Assembly: GCA_046328535.1 (NCBI GenBank)
Contig: JAXLWJ010000031.1
Coordinates: forward strand, 109-64,108
From: Anaerolineae bacterium
GTDB taxonomy: Bacteria > Chloroflexota > Anaerolineae > Epilineales > JAHCIE01
Length of the DNA: 64,000 nucleotides
Reading direction: 5' to 3'
In this document: one piece after another, positions 1-8,659 of the stretch
Position numbering within the stretch: position 1 is the first letter of the stretch
How the letters are laid out: the number at the start of each line of letters is the position of its first letter
The notes under the pieces: generated by a model
What the model was told of the DNA's origin: nothing
The model's database searches: none
The model's input: only the letters and a program-made list of their open reading frames with translations
Position numbers and translations under genes: made by a program

Positions 1-58
1 GGCGCAGAGACGCAGAGGAAGAAAACCCAACACGTCTTTGTCCGCGTTTTTGCGCCGC
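1..58. repeat. family-W word-stutter hairpin, possibly truncated by window edge
   Basis: Imperfect inverted arms GGCGCAGAGACGCAGAGGAAG ... CTTTGTCCGCGTTTTTGCGCC built from reiterated GCGCAGAG/GCGCAAAG-like words; same architecture as 11759-11832. Confidence 0.45.
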
Positions 59-92
59 TACGCTACGATCCCGTACATACTCGGAGGTCACG

Positions 93-2765
93 ATGACCGC
101 CTCGCCCTACGTCCTGCCTCTCGCCAGCCCCGACGCCACCCTGGCCCGTGTTGGCGGCAAGGGCGCGAGCCTCGCTCGCCTGAGCCGCGCCGGGCTGCCC
201 GTCCCGCCGGGTTTCCACGTCACCACCGACGCCTATCGCCGCTTCCTTGCCGCCAACGATCTCCACGCGCCCCTCGCCGCGCTGGCCGCGGTCCCCGACG
301 ACCCGGCCGCCCTCGACGCGGCCTCAGCGGCCATTCGCGCCCTCTTCGAGTCCGCGCCGATCCCGCCCGACGTCGCCGACGCCATTCGCGCCGCGTATGC
401 CGCGCTGCCGGCCGCGCCCGCCGTCGCGGTTCGCTCCAGCGCCACGGCCGAAGACCTGCCCGACGCCTCATTCGCCGGGCAGCAGGAGACCTACCTCAAC
501 ATCGTCGGCGCCGATGCCGTGCTCGACGCTGTGCGGCGGTGCTGGTCGTCCCTGTGGACGGCGCGGGCGATGAGCTACCGCCAGCGCAACGCCATCCCCT
601 CGGACGACGTGGCCCTGGCCGTCGTCGTGCAGGCTCTTGTGCCGTCCGAGGCGTCGGGCATCCTGTTCACCGCCAACCCGGTCAGCGGCCATCGCGGCCA
701 GGTCGTCATTGACGGCGCGTGGGGGCTAGGGGAAGCCATCGTCGGCGGGCTGGTGACGCCGGACCACTGGGTCGTGGACAAGGCCACGGGGCGCATCCTG
801 TCGGCGGAGGTTCACGATAAAGCGGTCATGACCGTGCGCGTGGCGGGCGGGTCGCGCGAGGAGACGACGCCGGCGGACAGACGGCGGCAGCCGTCGCTCA
901 CCGACGAACAGGTGCGGTCGCTGGCCGCGCTCGGCGCGCGCATCGAGGCGTTCTACGGCGCGCCGCAGGACATCGAGTGGGCCGTCGCGGAGGGCGCGGT
1001 CTACATCGTCCAGAGTCGCCCCATCACCTCTCTCTACCCGCAGCCGCCGCTGCCCGGCGATGGCCGCCTCCACGTCTACTTCAACGCCAACTACCTCCAG
1101 GGAATCGTCGAGCCGATCACCCCGGCCGGGCTGTCCTTCTTCCGCGACCTGGCCCGCGCCATCGGCAAGGCCGCCGACGTCCGCATCGTCTCCGACAGCG
1201 GCCCCTCGATCTTCAATGTCGTCGCGGGCCGGGTGTTCATTGATGTGACCAACGTCCTGCGCAATCCGCGCGGCCTCGCCCTCCTGCGCGGCATCCTCTC
1301 GGTCATAGACCCGCAATCCGGCGGCGGCGTTGACGCTCTACTTACCGATGGGCGCCTGAGCCCGCGCCCCGCCGGTCCAGCCTGGGCGGCGGTGTGGCGG
1401 CTGCGCTTCCTGCGCCCGCTCATCCCCGCCGTCGCGCCGCGTGTCCTGGCGCTGTGGCGCGCGCCCGACGCCGAGCGCCAGCGCATCATCTCCCATGTCC
1501 TCGACGGCATGGCCGACATCCACGACCGCGTGGCGAGCGCGACGACGCTCCAGGGGCGGGTCGCCGTCATGGACAGCCTCCCCGCCCTGGTGGCGCGCTA
1601 CGCCCCGCGCCTGATACCTCTCGCCGCCAGCGGCATCGCTCTCCAGCGGCTGACCCACATTCTCGTGCGGCGCTGGGGTGGCGACACGACAGCGCCCCTG
1701 GAGTTGCTGCGCGGCGTTCTCCACAATCCGACCACCATGATGGACCTGTTCCTGTGGCAGCTGGCCCGCCGCATGGCCGCCGACGCGCCCTCCGCTGCCG
1801 CCATGCGCGCCCCGACCGAGGAGGTCGTCGCCCGCTACCGCGCCGGCGCCCTGCCGCCGACCGCGCAGGCGGCCCTCGGAACGTTCCTGACCGAGTACGG
1901 CCATCGCGCCGTCCGCGAGGTTGACCTGGGCATGCCGCGCTGGGCCGACGAGCCGGGCTACATCGTGGACGTGCTGCGCACCTACATGGACATCAGCGAC
2001 CCGGCGCTGGCCCCCGATGCCCGCTTCCGCGAGGGCGAGGCGGCGGCCGAGGCGCGAGAGGCGGCGCTGCTGCGGCAGGTGGGCGCGGGTCCGCGCGGCT
2101 GGCTCCGCCGGCCGATCCTCAAGCTCGTGAGGGACCGCATGCGCGCGCTCATCGGGCTGCGCGAGATGCCCAAGTTCATCCTGGTGCGCGCCCTGAGTGA
2201 AGTGCGGGCGCTGTGGGAGGCGATGGGCCGCGACCTGACCGATCTCGGCCTCATCGCCGACCCGGCCGACGTGTTCTTCGTCACCGGCGATGAGATTCGC
2301 GCCGTCGCGCGGGGCAATCGCGCGCCGCTGGCGGAGCGCGTTGCGGCGCGCCAGGCAGAGTACGCCCTGGAGATGCGGCGCAAGCAAGCGCCGCGGCTCA
2401 TCACGAGCGAGGGCGTTGAGTTGTACAGTAGCGCGGCGGCCCACAGTGGGACGGCGCTCCAGGGTACCGGGGTCTCACCGGGTGTCTACAGCGGCGTCGT
2501 GCGCGTCGTCCTGGACGCCCACGGGGCGCAGCTCCAGCCGGGCGAAATCCTGGTCGCCCCCTCGACGGACCCGGCGTGGACGCCGCTGTTCATGGCCGCC
2601 GGCGCGCTGGTGATGGAGGCCGGCGGGGTCATGTCCCACGGCTCGGTCGTGGCGCGGGAGTACGGCATCCCCGCCGTCGTTGGCGTGGCCGATGCGACGC
2701 GCCGCCTGTCCACCGGCCAGCGCGTCACCGTGGACGGCTCCACGGGGCGGGTGATATTAGAATAA
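93..2765 (+). CDS. PEP-utilising enzyme, PpsA-like N-terminal ATP-grasp/PEP-binding domain plus C-terminal phosphohistidine swivel domain (rifampin-phosphotransferase-like architecture)
   Basis: 890-aa ORF; N-term LARVGGKGASLARLSRAGLPVPPGFHVTTDAY (PPDK_N-type), C-term GGVMSHGSVVAREYGIPAVVGV (PEP-utilisers mobile-domain His motif); no TIM-barrel PEP domain. Confidence 0.85.
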   Translation: MTASPYVLPLASPDATLARVGGKGASLARLSRAGLPVPPGFHVTTDAYRRFLAANDLHAPLAALAAVPDDPAALDAASAAIRALFESAPIPPDVADAIRAAYAALPAAPAVAVRSSATAEDLPDASFAGQQETYLNIVGADAVLDAVRRCWSSLWTARAMSYRQRNAIPSDDVALAVVVQALVPSEASGILFTANPVSGHRGQVVIDGAWGLGEAIVGGLVTPDHWVVDKATGRILSAEVHDKAVMTVRVAGGSREETTPADRRRQPSLTDEQVRSLAALGARIEAFYGAPQDIEWAVAEGAVYIVQSRPITSLYPQPPLPGDGRLHVYFNANYLQGIVEPITPAGLSFFRDLARAIGKAADVRIVSDSGPSIFNVVAGRVFIDVTNVLRNPRGLALLRGILSVIDPQSGGGVDALLTDGRLSPRPAGPAWAAVWRLRFLRPLIPAVAPRVLALWRAPDAERQRIISHVLDGMADIHDRVASATTLQGRVAVMDSLPALVARYAPRLIPLAASGIALQRLTHILVRRWGGDTTAPLELLRGVLHNPTTMMDLFLWQLARRMAADAPSAAAMRAPTEEVVARYRAGALPPTAQAALGTFLTEYGHRAVREVDLGMPRWADEPGYIVDVLRTYMDISDPALAPDARFREGEAAAEAREAALLRQVGAGPRGWLRRPILKLVRDRMRALIGLREMPKFILVRALSEVRALWEAMGRDLTDLGLIADPADVFFVTGDEIRAVARGNRAPLAERVAARQAEYALEMRRKQAPRLITSEGVELYSSAAAHSGTALQGTGVSPGVYSGVVRVVLDAHGAQLQPGEILVAPSTDPAWTPLFMAAGALVMEAGGVMSHGSVVAREYGIPAVVGVADATRRLSTGQRVTVDGSTGRVILE

Positions 2766-2769
2766 CCTG

Positions 2770-3015
2770 TCAGTCTTGGTAGACATCTTTACGGTGACGG
2801 ATACGAGTGAGGAGGATGAGCAGGATGTCATCGTGGATTTCATAGATGACACGGTAGTCACCAACGCGGACGCGATAGAGGTTGGCCCGCCCCTGAAGTT
2901 TGATGACACCTGGATGGCGTGGGTTCTCCACAAGAAGGTCAATGGCCGCCCTGACTCGCCGTTTTGCGTCTGTGGGCAGGCCGCGAAATTCCTTAGCTGC
3001 GGAGTTCAGTAACTC
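2770..3015 (-). pseudogene. RelE/ParE-family toxin gene, 5' end severed by IS3 insertion
   Basis: ...AELLNSAAKEFRGLPTDAKRRVRAAIDLLVENPRHPGVIKLQGRANLYRVRVGDYRVIYEIHDDILLILLTRIRHRKDVY is a typical RelE/ParE fold sequence; first 5 codons incl. GTG start lie at 4274-4291 on the other side of the IS. Confidence 0.8.
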
Positions 3016-3088
3016 TGACCTTGCATCGGAATAGTGGAGACGGAAAGAACTGGATATACTTCCGACCACTAGAGAGGGTGCATGGACA

Positions 3089-3382
3089 ATGGGACAACAC
3101 AAGCGTTACTCACGCCAGTTCAAGCTGGATGCCCTGGAGTTGGTGCGAACCAGCGGCAAGACCCAGACAGAGATCGAGCGCGACCTGGGCTTGTACGGTG
3201 GCCAACTGAGCGACTGGAAGAAGCAGTTGGCTCAGGACGGCGACAGCGCCTTCCCCGGCAGCGGCAACGTCAAAGAGAGCGACGCCGAGGTGCGACGGCT
3301 GCGCCGCGAGAACGAGCTCCTGCGACGGGAGCGGGACATTCTCAAGAAAGCTATCGCGATCTTCTCGCACCCAAAAGGGTGA
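3089..3382 (+). CDS. IS3 transposase OrfA (HTH)
   Basis: MGQHKRYSRQFKLDALELVRTSGKTQTEIERDLGL...RRLRRENELLRRERDILKKA, typical IS3 OrfA HTH + leucine-zipper. Confidence 0.9.
   Translation: MGQHKRYSRQFKLDALELVRTSGKTQTEIERDLGLYGGQLSDWKKQLAQDGDSAFPGSGNVKESDAEVRRLRRENELLRRERDILKKAIAIFSHPKG
3370..3376 (+). other. programmed -1 ribosomal frameshift heptamer CCCAAAA (X XXY YYZ) joining OrfA to OrfB
   Basis: 0-frame C CCA AAA GGG TGA; -1 frame CCC AAA AGG continues into OrfB (..APKRVRYEFIAGH..); orfB frame is -1 relative to orfA. Confidence 0.7.
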
Positions 3383-4254
3383 GATATGAGTTCATCGCCG
3401 GCCACAGCCGCGCGTACACGGTGACGGAGCTGTGTCGAGTGCTGAAGGTGTCGCCGAGCGGGTACTACGCCTGGCGCACACGCGTGCCCAGTCGGCGCCA
3501 GCAGGCCAACGTCGAGCTGACCCAGCGCATTCGGCAAGTCTACCAGGACAGCCGTCAGACGTATGGAAGTCCGAGGGTGCATGCCGAACTCTCTGAGGCG
3601 GGAGTGGCCTGCGGCCGCAATCGTGTGGCGCGTCTGATGCGGGTGCACGGCTTGCGCGCCAAGCAAGCCACGCGCACGACGGTCACGACTGATAGCCGAC
3701 ATGCCTATCCGATCGCGCCCAACATCCTCAACCGCGCGTTTGAGGCGGCGGATCCAAACCGCACTTGGCTGGCCGATATCACATACATCGACACGGTCGA
3801 AGGCTGGCTGTACCTGGCTGTCGTGTTGGACGTCTTCTCGCGCATGATCGTCGGTTGGGCGACGGCCGACCATCTTGAGACGAGCTTGGTCATCGAGGCT
3901 CTCGACATGGCGCTGTTCCAACGTCGTCCGCGCGACGGTCTGCTGCATCATTCTGATCGCGGCAGCCAGTACGCCAGCGCCGATTATCAACAGCGCCTCA
4001 AGGACGGGCGGATCCGAGTGAGCATGAGCCGCACGGGCAACTGCTACGACAACGCGATGATGGAGAGCTTCTTCGGCACGCTTAAGAACGAGTGTGTGGA
4101 GGGTCGCTATGAAAGCCGTGCCATTGCGCGATGCCACATCTTCGAGTATATCGCGGCCTGGTACAACCCGCGCCGTCGGCACTCGGCCTTGGGCTATCTC
4201 AGCCCCGCGTGTTTCGAGCAGCGTCACGCTTCCAGGCTTTCTTCTCTCCACTAA
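3376..4254 (+). CDS. IS3 transposase OrfB (DDE/rve integrase core), expressed as OrfAB fusion
   Basis: WLADITYI (D), HHSDRGSQYAS (D), NCYDNAMMESFFGTLKNE (E) catalytic triad context; ALGYLSP C-terminal motif. Confidence 0.9.
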   Translation, partial: RVRYEFIAGHSRAYTVTELCRVLKVSPSGYYAWRTRVPSRRQQANVELTQRIRQVYQDSRQTYGSPRVHAELSEAGVACGRNRVARLMRVHGLRAKQATRTTVTTDSRHAYPIAPNILNRAFEAADPNRTWLADITYIDTVEGWLYLAVVLDVFSRMIVGWATADHLETSLVIEALDMALFQRRPRDGLLHHSDRGSQYASADYQQRLKDGRIRVSMSRTGNCYDNAMMESFFGTLKNECVEGRYESRAIARCHIFEYIAAWYNPRRRHSALGYLSPACFEQRHASRLSSLH

Positions 4255-4271
4255 TTCCATGCAAGGTCAAC

Positions 4272-4475
4272 TCAGCGCGGTAGCGTGCCACCGTTTGCCT
4301 CGTCGCGGTCCATTTCCGCTTTCAAGTCGTCCCAGGACATCGTTGGCTCGCCTTTGCGCGACTCCGAAACGATGATGTCGTAGATGTCCTCCCAGATGTC
4401 ACCCCACTCGGCCAGGCTGATAATGACGGCCGTGCGATGGCCCGCCTCATCCGTCACATACTGGATGCCTTTCAT
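4272..4475 (-). CDS. type II antitoxin (Phd/YefM/RelB-like) of the disrupted relBE-like operon
   Basis: MKGIQYVTDEAGHRTAVIISLAEWGDIWEDIYDIIVSE...; GGAAGGAGAG RBS 5 nt upstream of ATG at 4475; its TGA stop (4272-4274) overlaps the IS target duplication. Confidence 0.7.
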   Translation of the reverse strand: MKGIQYVTDEAGHRTAVIISLAEWGDIWEDIYDIIVSESRKGEPTMSWDDLKAEMDRDEANGGTLPR

Positions 4476-4517
4476 CAACCGCTCTCCTTCCCGAATGAAC
4501 TGGCACTTGTGTCCTAA

Positions 4518-4545
4518 ATCATAGCACATCCCGTTCGTTCGGCAA
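4518..4545 (-). promoter_or_regulatory. candidate sigma70-type promoter of the TA operon
   Basis: On minus strand TTGCCG - 16 nt - TATGAT about 40 nt upstream of antitoxin ATG. Confidence 0.4.
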
Positions 4546-4712
4546 CCTAGCCCGCTCCCGCGTTGGCCGTCGCATGGAGGTGGTGACGATTTCCCCTGGC
4601 GTTAAGCTTTTTGCACAGACTACAAATTATAACAGTCATCTAGTTGACAAGCGGGGGGTATGATACACTGACGATACTGTTACATCTACAAACAAAGAGG
4701 AGGAACACGAGC

Positions 4713-5432
4713 ATGCGTTCAAGACAGCGATCTATCCTTGTGGCTGGGCTTGCTATATTCCTGGTTTCCTGTGGCGGCTCGGTCCTCTCCCCGGCAACAG
4801 CCCCAGCAGGGTCTACCGTATCGGCGCTCAACAGCACTACTCTCCAGCCATCAGCGAATCCTAGCCCACTTCCCGCCACAGCCACGACGCCTTCCGCCAC
4901 GCCGACCGCATCACCATCCCCGGCGCCCCCAACGGCATCCCCCTCCCCGGTGCCTCCAACGGCATCGCCATCGCCAGCCCCTCCCACTGCGGCTCCCTTC
5001 CCGATGCCGTTAGTCGTCGGAAACAGGCTTTGGTACTATGGAGCGACTCTTACAAAAGGTGATGGAGCCTTGACAATCATCGCCGCTGAGGAAGCTAGCG
5101 CCGACTATCGGTCGAAGACACCCGGACAAACACCTTTGCAAGTCTGGCTAGATTTGGCAGGCTCCGCTGCTTCTGAGGAGGTGAGTACTGGGGAAGGGAA
5201 GGTTGTGCTGGTAGATAGTGAGGGCAACACCTACAAGCCGGGCGTTGACGGCACTTTCAGTGGCAGCATCAGCATGTCCGATCAGTCAGGGCGGACCGCC
5301 CGGATTGAGCCGAAAAACCTGGGTCGCTTCTTTGTGTTCTCGGTTCCCAAGAACACCCAGGGGTTCAAACTCAGGTTCCTCGACTTCCCTGAGTTCGACC
5401 TTGGCTACCCATTACCTGCATCGCCGAAATGA
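4713..5432 (+). CDS. lipoprotein with Pro/Ser/Thr-rich linker, unknown function
   Basis: AGGAGG RBS; signal + lipobox MRSRQRSILVAGLAIFLVSCGG; PTASPSP repeats; C-terminal beta-rich domain. Confidence 0.65.
   Translation: MRSRQRSILVAGLAIFLVSCGGSVLSPATAPAGSTVSALNSTTLQPSANPSPLPATATTPSATPTASPSPAPPTASPSPVPPTASPSPAPPTAAPFPMPLVVGNRLWYYGATLTKGDGALTIIAAEEASADYRSKTPGQTPLQVWLDLAGSAASEEVSTGEGKVVLVDSEGNTYKPGVDGTFSGSISMSDQSGRTARIEPKNLGRFFVFSVPKNTQGFKLRFLDFPEFDLGYPLPASPK
4902..4982 (+). repeat. 3 x 27-bp in-frame tandem repeat (PTASPSP[A/V]P) inside lipoprotein gene
   Basis: ccgaccgcatcaccatccccggcgccc / ccaacggcatccccctccccggtgcct / ccaacggcatcgccatcgccagcccct. Confidence 0.85.
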
Positions 5433-5744
5433 GCGCGCAAATCCCTTTGCTTGCCGAGAAACAGAGCAGTAAGCTCTGCTTCTGCTGTCAATGGCCTCGG
5501 CGCCTGAAAGAAAACGCCATCGAAAGGAGCGCCAGATATGTCATGGCGTATATCGTTTTGCAACCAGACGTAAACCTGCGGCGGCTGCTCCGTCAGCAAA
5601 TGCGCAAGAAAATGTTCAGAACCCAACGGCGATGGCTGAAAAAGAAAACGAGGAGGGAACGCTGCCGTAGCCGATGCGGGGTCTCAAGACCCTCGTGCCA
5701 TCTGGGAGTCATGGGCGGACGGGCTCGGTAAGCTCTAGCGCGCG

Positions 5745-5965
5745 CATCCCATTTCTGGCTCCCTCGCCCCGTGGATTCAAGGGCGGACAGATGAAAGGCG
5801 GCGGTGGCTCGTCCCCCACCAACCCCCGCCTCGCCCCGCTCGGCTCCCCCTTCCTCCCCCACCTGTGGGGGGAGGAAGGGGGTTGGGGGGATGGAGGAGG
5901 GACGTTGTGGCCCCACCCCAAAAGGGCCTGTCCGCCCTTGATCCCCCCTGGGAGAGGGCGGGCCG
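5745..5965. repeat. family-P C/G-run hairpin cluster
   Basis: e.g. CCCCCTTCCTCCCCC-acctgt-GGGGGGAGGAAGGGGG (5846-5882); segments shared with 40560-40640 (cccatttctggc.ccctc.ccc). Confidence 0.7.
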
Positions 5966-5978
5966 GTGGCGGATGGTT

Positions 5979-6040
5979 GGACCACGAAGGACGCGAAAGG
6001 CACACGCTGGGCGACTCTTTTTGCGCGCCTTTCGTGGTCC
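5979..6040. repeat. family-W word-stutter hairpin
   Basis: GGACCACGAAGGACGCGAAAGGC ... GCGCGCCTTTCGTGGTCC. Confidence 0.7.
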
Positions 6041-6148
6041 GCGCCATTCACGCCCAAGTCTCAACGCCGGTGAAGCGGAAGTGTGATATGATGGAAGGGG
6101 GGGTCACACAGAAACGCAGTGGGGAGGATAGGAAAGGAGGCGCGCCGT

Positions 6149-7717
6149 ATGGCACCGCTCGGACCGCCGCCCACGCGCCTGCGCGCGGCTCTCGGCTGGC
6201 TGGCCGTGGGAGTCGTGGTGGCCGTGGTGATCGTCGCGTTGGCGTGGCTGGCCGTGTCGCGCCTGGCCGCGCCGGCGGCGATGTACTGGCCGACCAACGG
6301 CTGGCGCGCGACAACCCCCGAAGAGCAGGGCGTCAACTCGGCGAAGCTGGCCGAGGCGCTGACCGCCGCCCGCCAGCAGGACATGCGCCTCCACAGCCTG
6401 CTCATCGTCCGCAACGGGAACGTGCTGCTGGACGCCGCCTTCTACCCCTACGACGGGCAATCCGTTCATAATCTGGCGTCGGTGACCAAGAGCGTGATGA
6501 CGACGCTCGTCGCCATCGCTGCCGCCCAGGGCAAGCTGAACCTCGACGCCCCCATGGTCTCCTTCTTCCCCGACCGCACGATCGCCAATCGCGACGAACG
6601 CAAGGAGCGCATCACCGTGCGCCACCTAGCGAGCATGGCGTCGGGACTGGATAGCGTGGGCATGGCGCAGGACGAAGGCACGCTGGCAGCGATGGTGAAT
6701 AGCCCCGATTGGGTGCAGTTCGCCCTGGACCGCAAGGTCGTCAGCGAGCCGGGGGCGCAGTTCGTCTACGACAGCCCTGGCATGCACCTGTTGTCGGCGA
6801 TTCTCCAGCAGGCGACCGGGATGACGGCGCTGGAGTTCGCCCGCCAGACCCTGTTCGAGCCGCTGGGCATCCGCGACGCCATCTGGGAGAGCGACCCGCA
6901 GGGCATCACTCACGGTTGGGGTGATCTGTACCTGCGCCCTCAGGACGCCGCCAAGATCGGTTACCTCTGGCTCAACCAGGGCGTCTGGGATGGCAAGCAG
7001 CTCGTGCCGGCGCAGTGGGTGGCGGACTCGGTCAAGGTGCAGCACAAGACTGGCATGAGCGACGATTACGGCTACGGCTGGTGGATTTCGCCGGACAGTG
7101 GAACATACTCGGCGTCGGGCCGGGGCGGGCAGAACATCAAAGTCGTACCCGCGCTGGGCGCCATTGTCGTAACGACGGGCGGCGGCTTCGAGTACGACGC
7201 CCTGGACCCATACCTGATCGCGTCGGTCGGTGACCCAACAAAGCCGCTACCGCCGAACCCGGACGGCGCAGCCCGACTGGCGGCGGCGCGCCAGGCCGTT
7301 TTGCAGGCGCCCGCTCCGCAGCCGATTCCACCCCTACCGCCGAAAGCGAGCGAGATCTCCGGCAAGACCTACGTTTTGCAGCCGAACGCGCTGCGCCTGC
7401 GCACCCTGCGTCTGGATTTCGACGACTCGGCCGAAGCGACGTTGCAGTTGAGCTTCGACGACGGCCAGCCCGACCGGCGGCTGAAGGTCGGGCGGGATGG
7501 CGTCTATCGCATGGCCCCGGCGAAGCATGGGCTGCCGTCGGGGCAGCGCGGCTCGTGGCCGGACGACCGCACCTTCGTCCTGGACTACGACGGGATCGCC
7601 AACCTCGACGCCTATACGTTCCGCATGAGCTTCGTAGACGATCGGCTCATCATGCTAGGGCGCGAGCGCACCCGGTCCAGCGGGGTCATGGTCGAGGGGC
7701 AGGCGGCGCGCCCCTAA
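6149..7717 (+). CDS. serine hydrolase, beta-lactamase/PBP4-family, N-terminally membrane anchored
   Basis: GAAAGGAGG RBS before ATG 6149; TM segment WLAVGVVVAVVIVALAWLAV; S-x-x-K motif SVTKSV. Confidence 0.8.
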   Translation: MAPLGPPPTRLRAALGWLAVGVVVAVVIVALAWLAVSRLAAPAAMYWPTNGWRATTPEEQGVNSAKLAEALTAARQQDMRLHSLLIVRNGNVLLDAAFYPYDGQSVHNLASVTKSVMTTLVAIAAAQGKLNLDAPMVSFFPDRTIANRDERKERITVRHLASMASGLDSVGMAQDEGTLAAMVNSPDWVQFALDRKVVSEPGAQFVYDSPGMHLLSAILQQATGMTALEFARQTLFEPLGIRDAIWESDPQGITHGWGDLYLRPQDAAKIGYLWLNQGVWDGKQLVPAQWVADSVKVQHKTGMSDDYGYGWWISPDSGTYSASGRGGQNIKVVPALGAIVVTTGGGFEYDALDPYLIASVGDPTKPLPPNPDGAARLAAARQAVLQAPAPQPIPPLPPKASEISGKTYVLQPNALRLRTLRLDFDDSAEATLQLSFDDGQPDRRLKVGRDGVYRMAPAKHGLPSGQRGSWPDDRTFVLDYDGIANLDAYTFRMSFVDDRLIMLGRERTRSSGVMVEGQAARP

Positions 7718-7789
7718 CAAACGGGGCCGCGGCCCCGGATGCGCGCTGCACCCCCGGCCGCGGCCCCCGTATAGGGTTGTGACAAACTG

Positions 7790-8542
7790 CTACTGCTGCT
7801 CCGGCTGCGACTCCTTCTGGTCGGGGAAGACCATCGGCGCGCTATGCGGCAGCACGTTCGCCGGGATGAGGATGCGCTTGCCGGTGACGCGGTTCACATC
7901 AATCGAGATGCCGGTCGGCGTCAGGACTTCGGTCGCCCGCGCCGGGTCCATCGCCTCGGCGGTGTAGACGGCGTCCACGTCCAGCTCCAGCGGGCTGATG
8001 ATGACCAGGAAGCCGATGGTCAGCGGCGGCTCTGTCCCCATCTGCTGCCCCATCATGCGCCAGATGGCGTTACAGTCGTCCATCGTCGCGCCGTCCGGCC
8101 CGAGCTTGATGGTCTCGAAGATGTGCGTCTGTCCATCGGCGCCGGGGAGCGGGAAGGGGCTGACCACCTTCGGCTCGCGGCCGATGGGTTCGCCGTCCTT
8201 GACGAGGATAACGAGCTTCTTGTAGACGGGCAGGGCGGGCGTGGGCTGCGGCTGCGTGTCGTCGAGGGGGAGGCGGTAGAAGGGGTTGTGGATGTTGATC
8301 TCGGTCGCGTAGTTGCCCGGCTTGACGGGCGGCTCGCCCAACACCGCGCCGGCGGCGTTCACGAGAGGCTTCTGGTAGCCGCAGACGAACTTGGCGGCGT
8401 AGCTCCAGTAGTAGGGCGAGGGGACGATGCCCTGCGCTTCGGGGCTGGCCTGGGCGGACTGACGGGTCAACGCCGCGACGGCCACGACGGCCAGTGCTGC
8501 GGCCACCACAATCACACCGACGGTCCAATGCTTGCGAGTCAT
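7790..8542 (-). CDS. secreted/anchored hypothetical protein (KFVCG ... NYATEINIHNP motifs)
   Basis: GGAGGGTGA RBS; MTRKHWTVGVIVVAAALAVVAVAAL signal/anchor; no recognisable catalytic motif. Confidence 0.6.
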   Translation of the reverse strand: MTRKHWTVGVIVVAAALAVVAVAALTRQSAQASPEAQGIVPSPYYWSYAAKFVCGYQKPLVNAAGAVLGEPPVKPGNYATEINIHNPFYRLPLDDTQPQPTPALPVYKKLVILVKDGEPIGREPKVVSPFPLPGADGQTHIFETIKLGPDGATMDDCNAIWRMMGQQMGTEPPLTIGFLVIISPLELDVDAVYTAEAMDPARATEVLTPTGISIDVNRVTGKRILIPANVLPHSAPMVFPDQKESQPEQQ

Positions 8543-8617
8543 GCTCACCCTCCTGTGGGTCTGCCTTGTTAAAGACGGGTCGGCCGATACATAGAAGACG
8601 CACAAGGCCCCCCTATC

Positions 8618-8659
8618 GTTTCTCTCAAAGTAGACGAGTTTCTCTAAAATCCCTAGAAT
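8618..8659 (+). promoter_or_regulatory. direct repeats GTTTCTCT(C/A)AA x2 (8618, 8638; 20-bp spacing) plus -10 TAGAAT (8654-8659) 6 nt before the ATG: candidate leaderless promoter of the SARP gene
   Basis: No SD between -10 and ATG 8666; repeat 2 occupies the -35 region. Confidence 0.4.

Larger units (their letters stand above)
3016..4269 (+). mobile_element. IS3-family insertion sequence (1254 bp), apparently intact
   Basis: Imperfect terminal IRs TGACCTTGCAT(C)GGAAT(-)AGTGGAGA (3016-3040) vs reverse complement of 4245-4269; TG...CA ends; 4-bp direct target duplication ACTC (3012-3015 / 4270-4273); orfA/orfB in 0/-1 frames. Confidence 0.92.

Noticed and set aside
3082-3375. First roughly 95 codons of the 3082-4254 ORF as an independent OrfB N-terminus
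   Set aside because: Arg-rich out-of-frame overlap of OrfA. IS3 biology and the CCCAAAA heptamer indicate OrfB is reached by a -1 frameshift.
5405-5626. 73-aa minus-strand ORF (MGSEHFLAHLLTEQPPQVYVWLQNDIRHD...)
   Set aside because: Non-repetitive and lower GC, so possibly a gene fragment. There is no RBS, no recognisable domain, and it overlaps the lipoprotein 3' end. Left uncalled.
5674-6471. 265-aa ORF (and 5593-6064 minus ORFs) spanning the 5.7-6.1 kb gap
   Set aside because: They read through family-P and family-W hairpin repeats (poly-Gly/Pro/Arg) and run into the beta-lactamase gene out of frame. Repeat artefacts.
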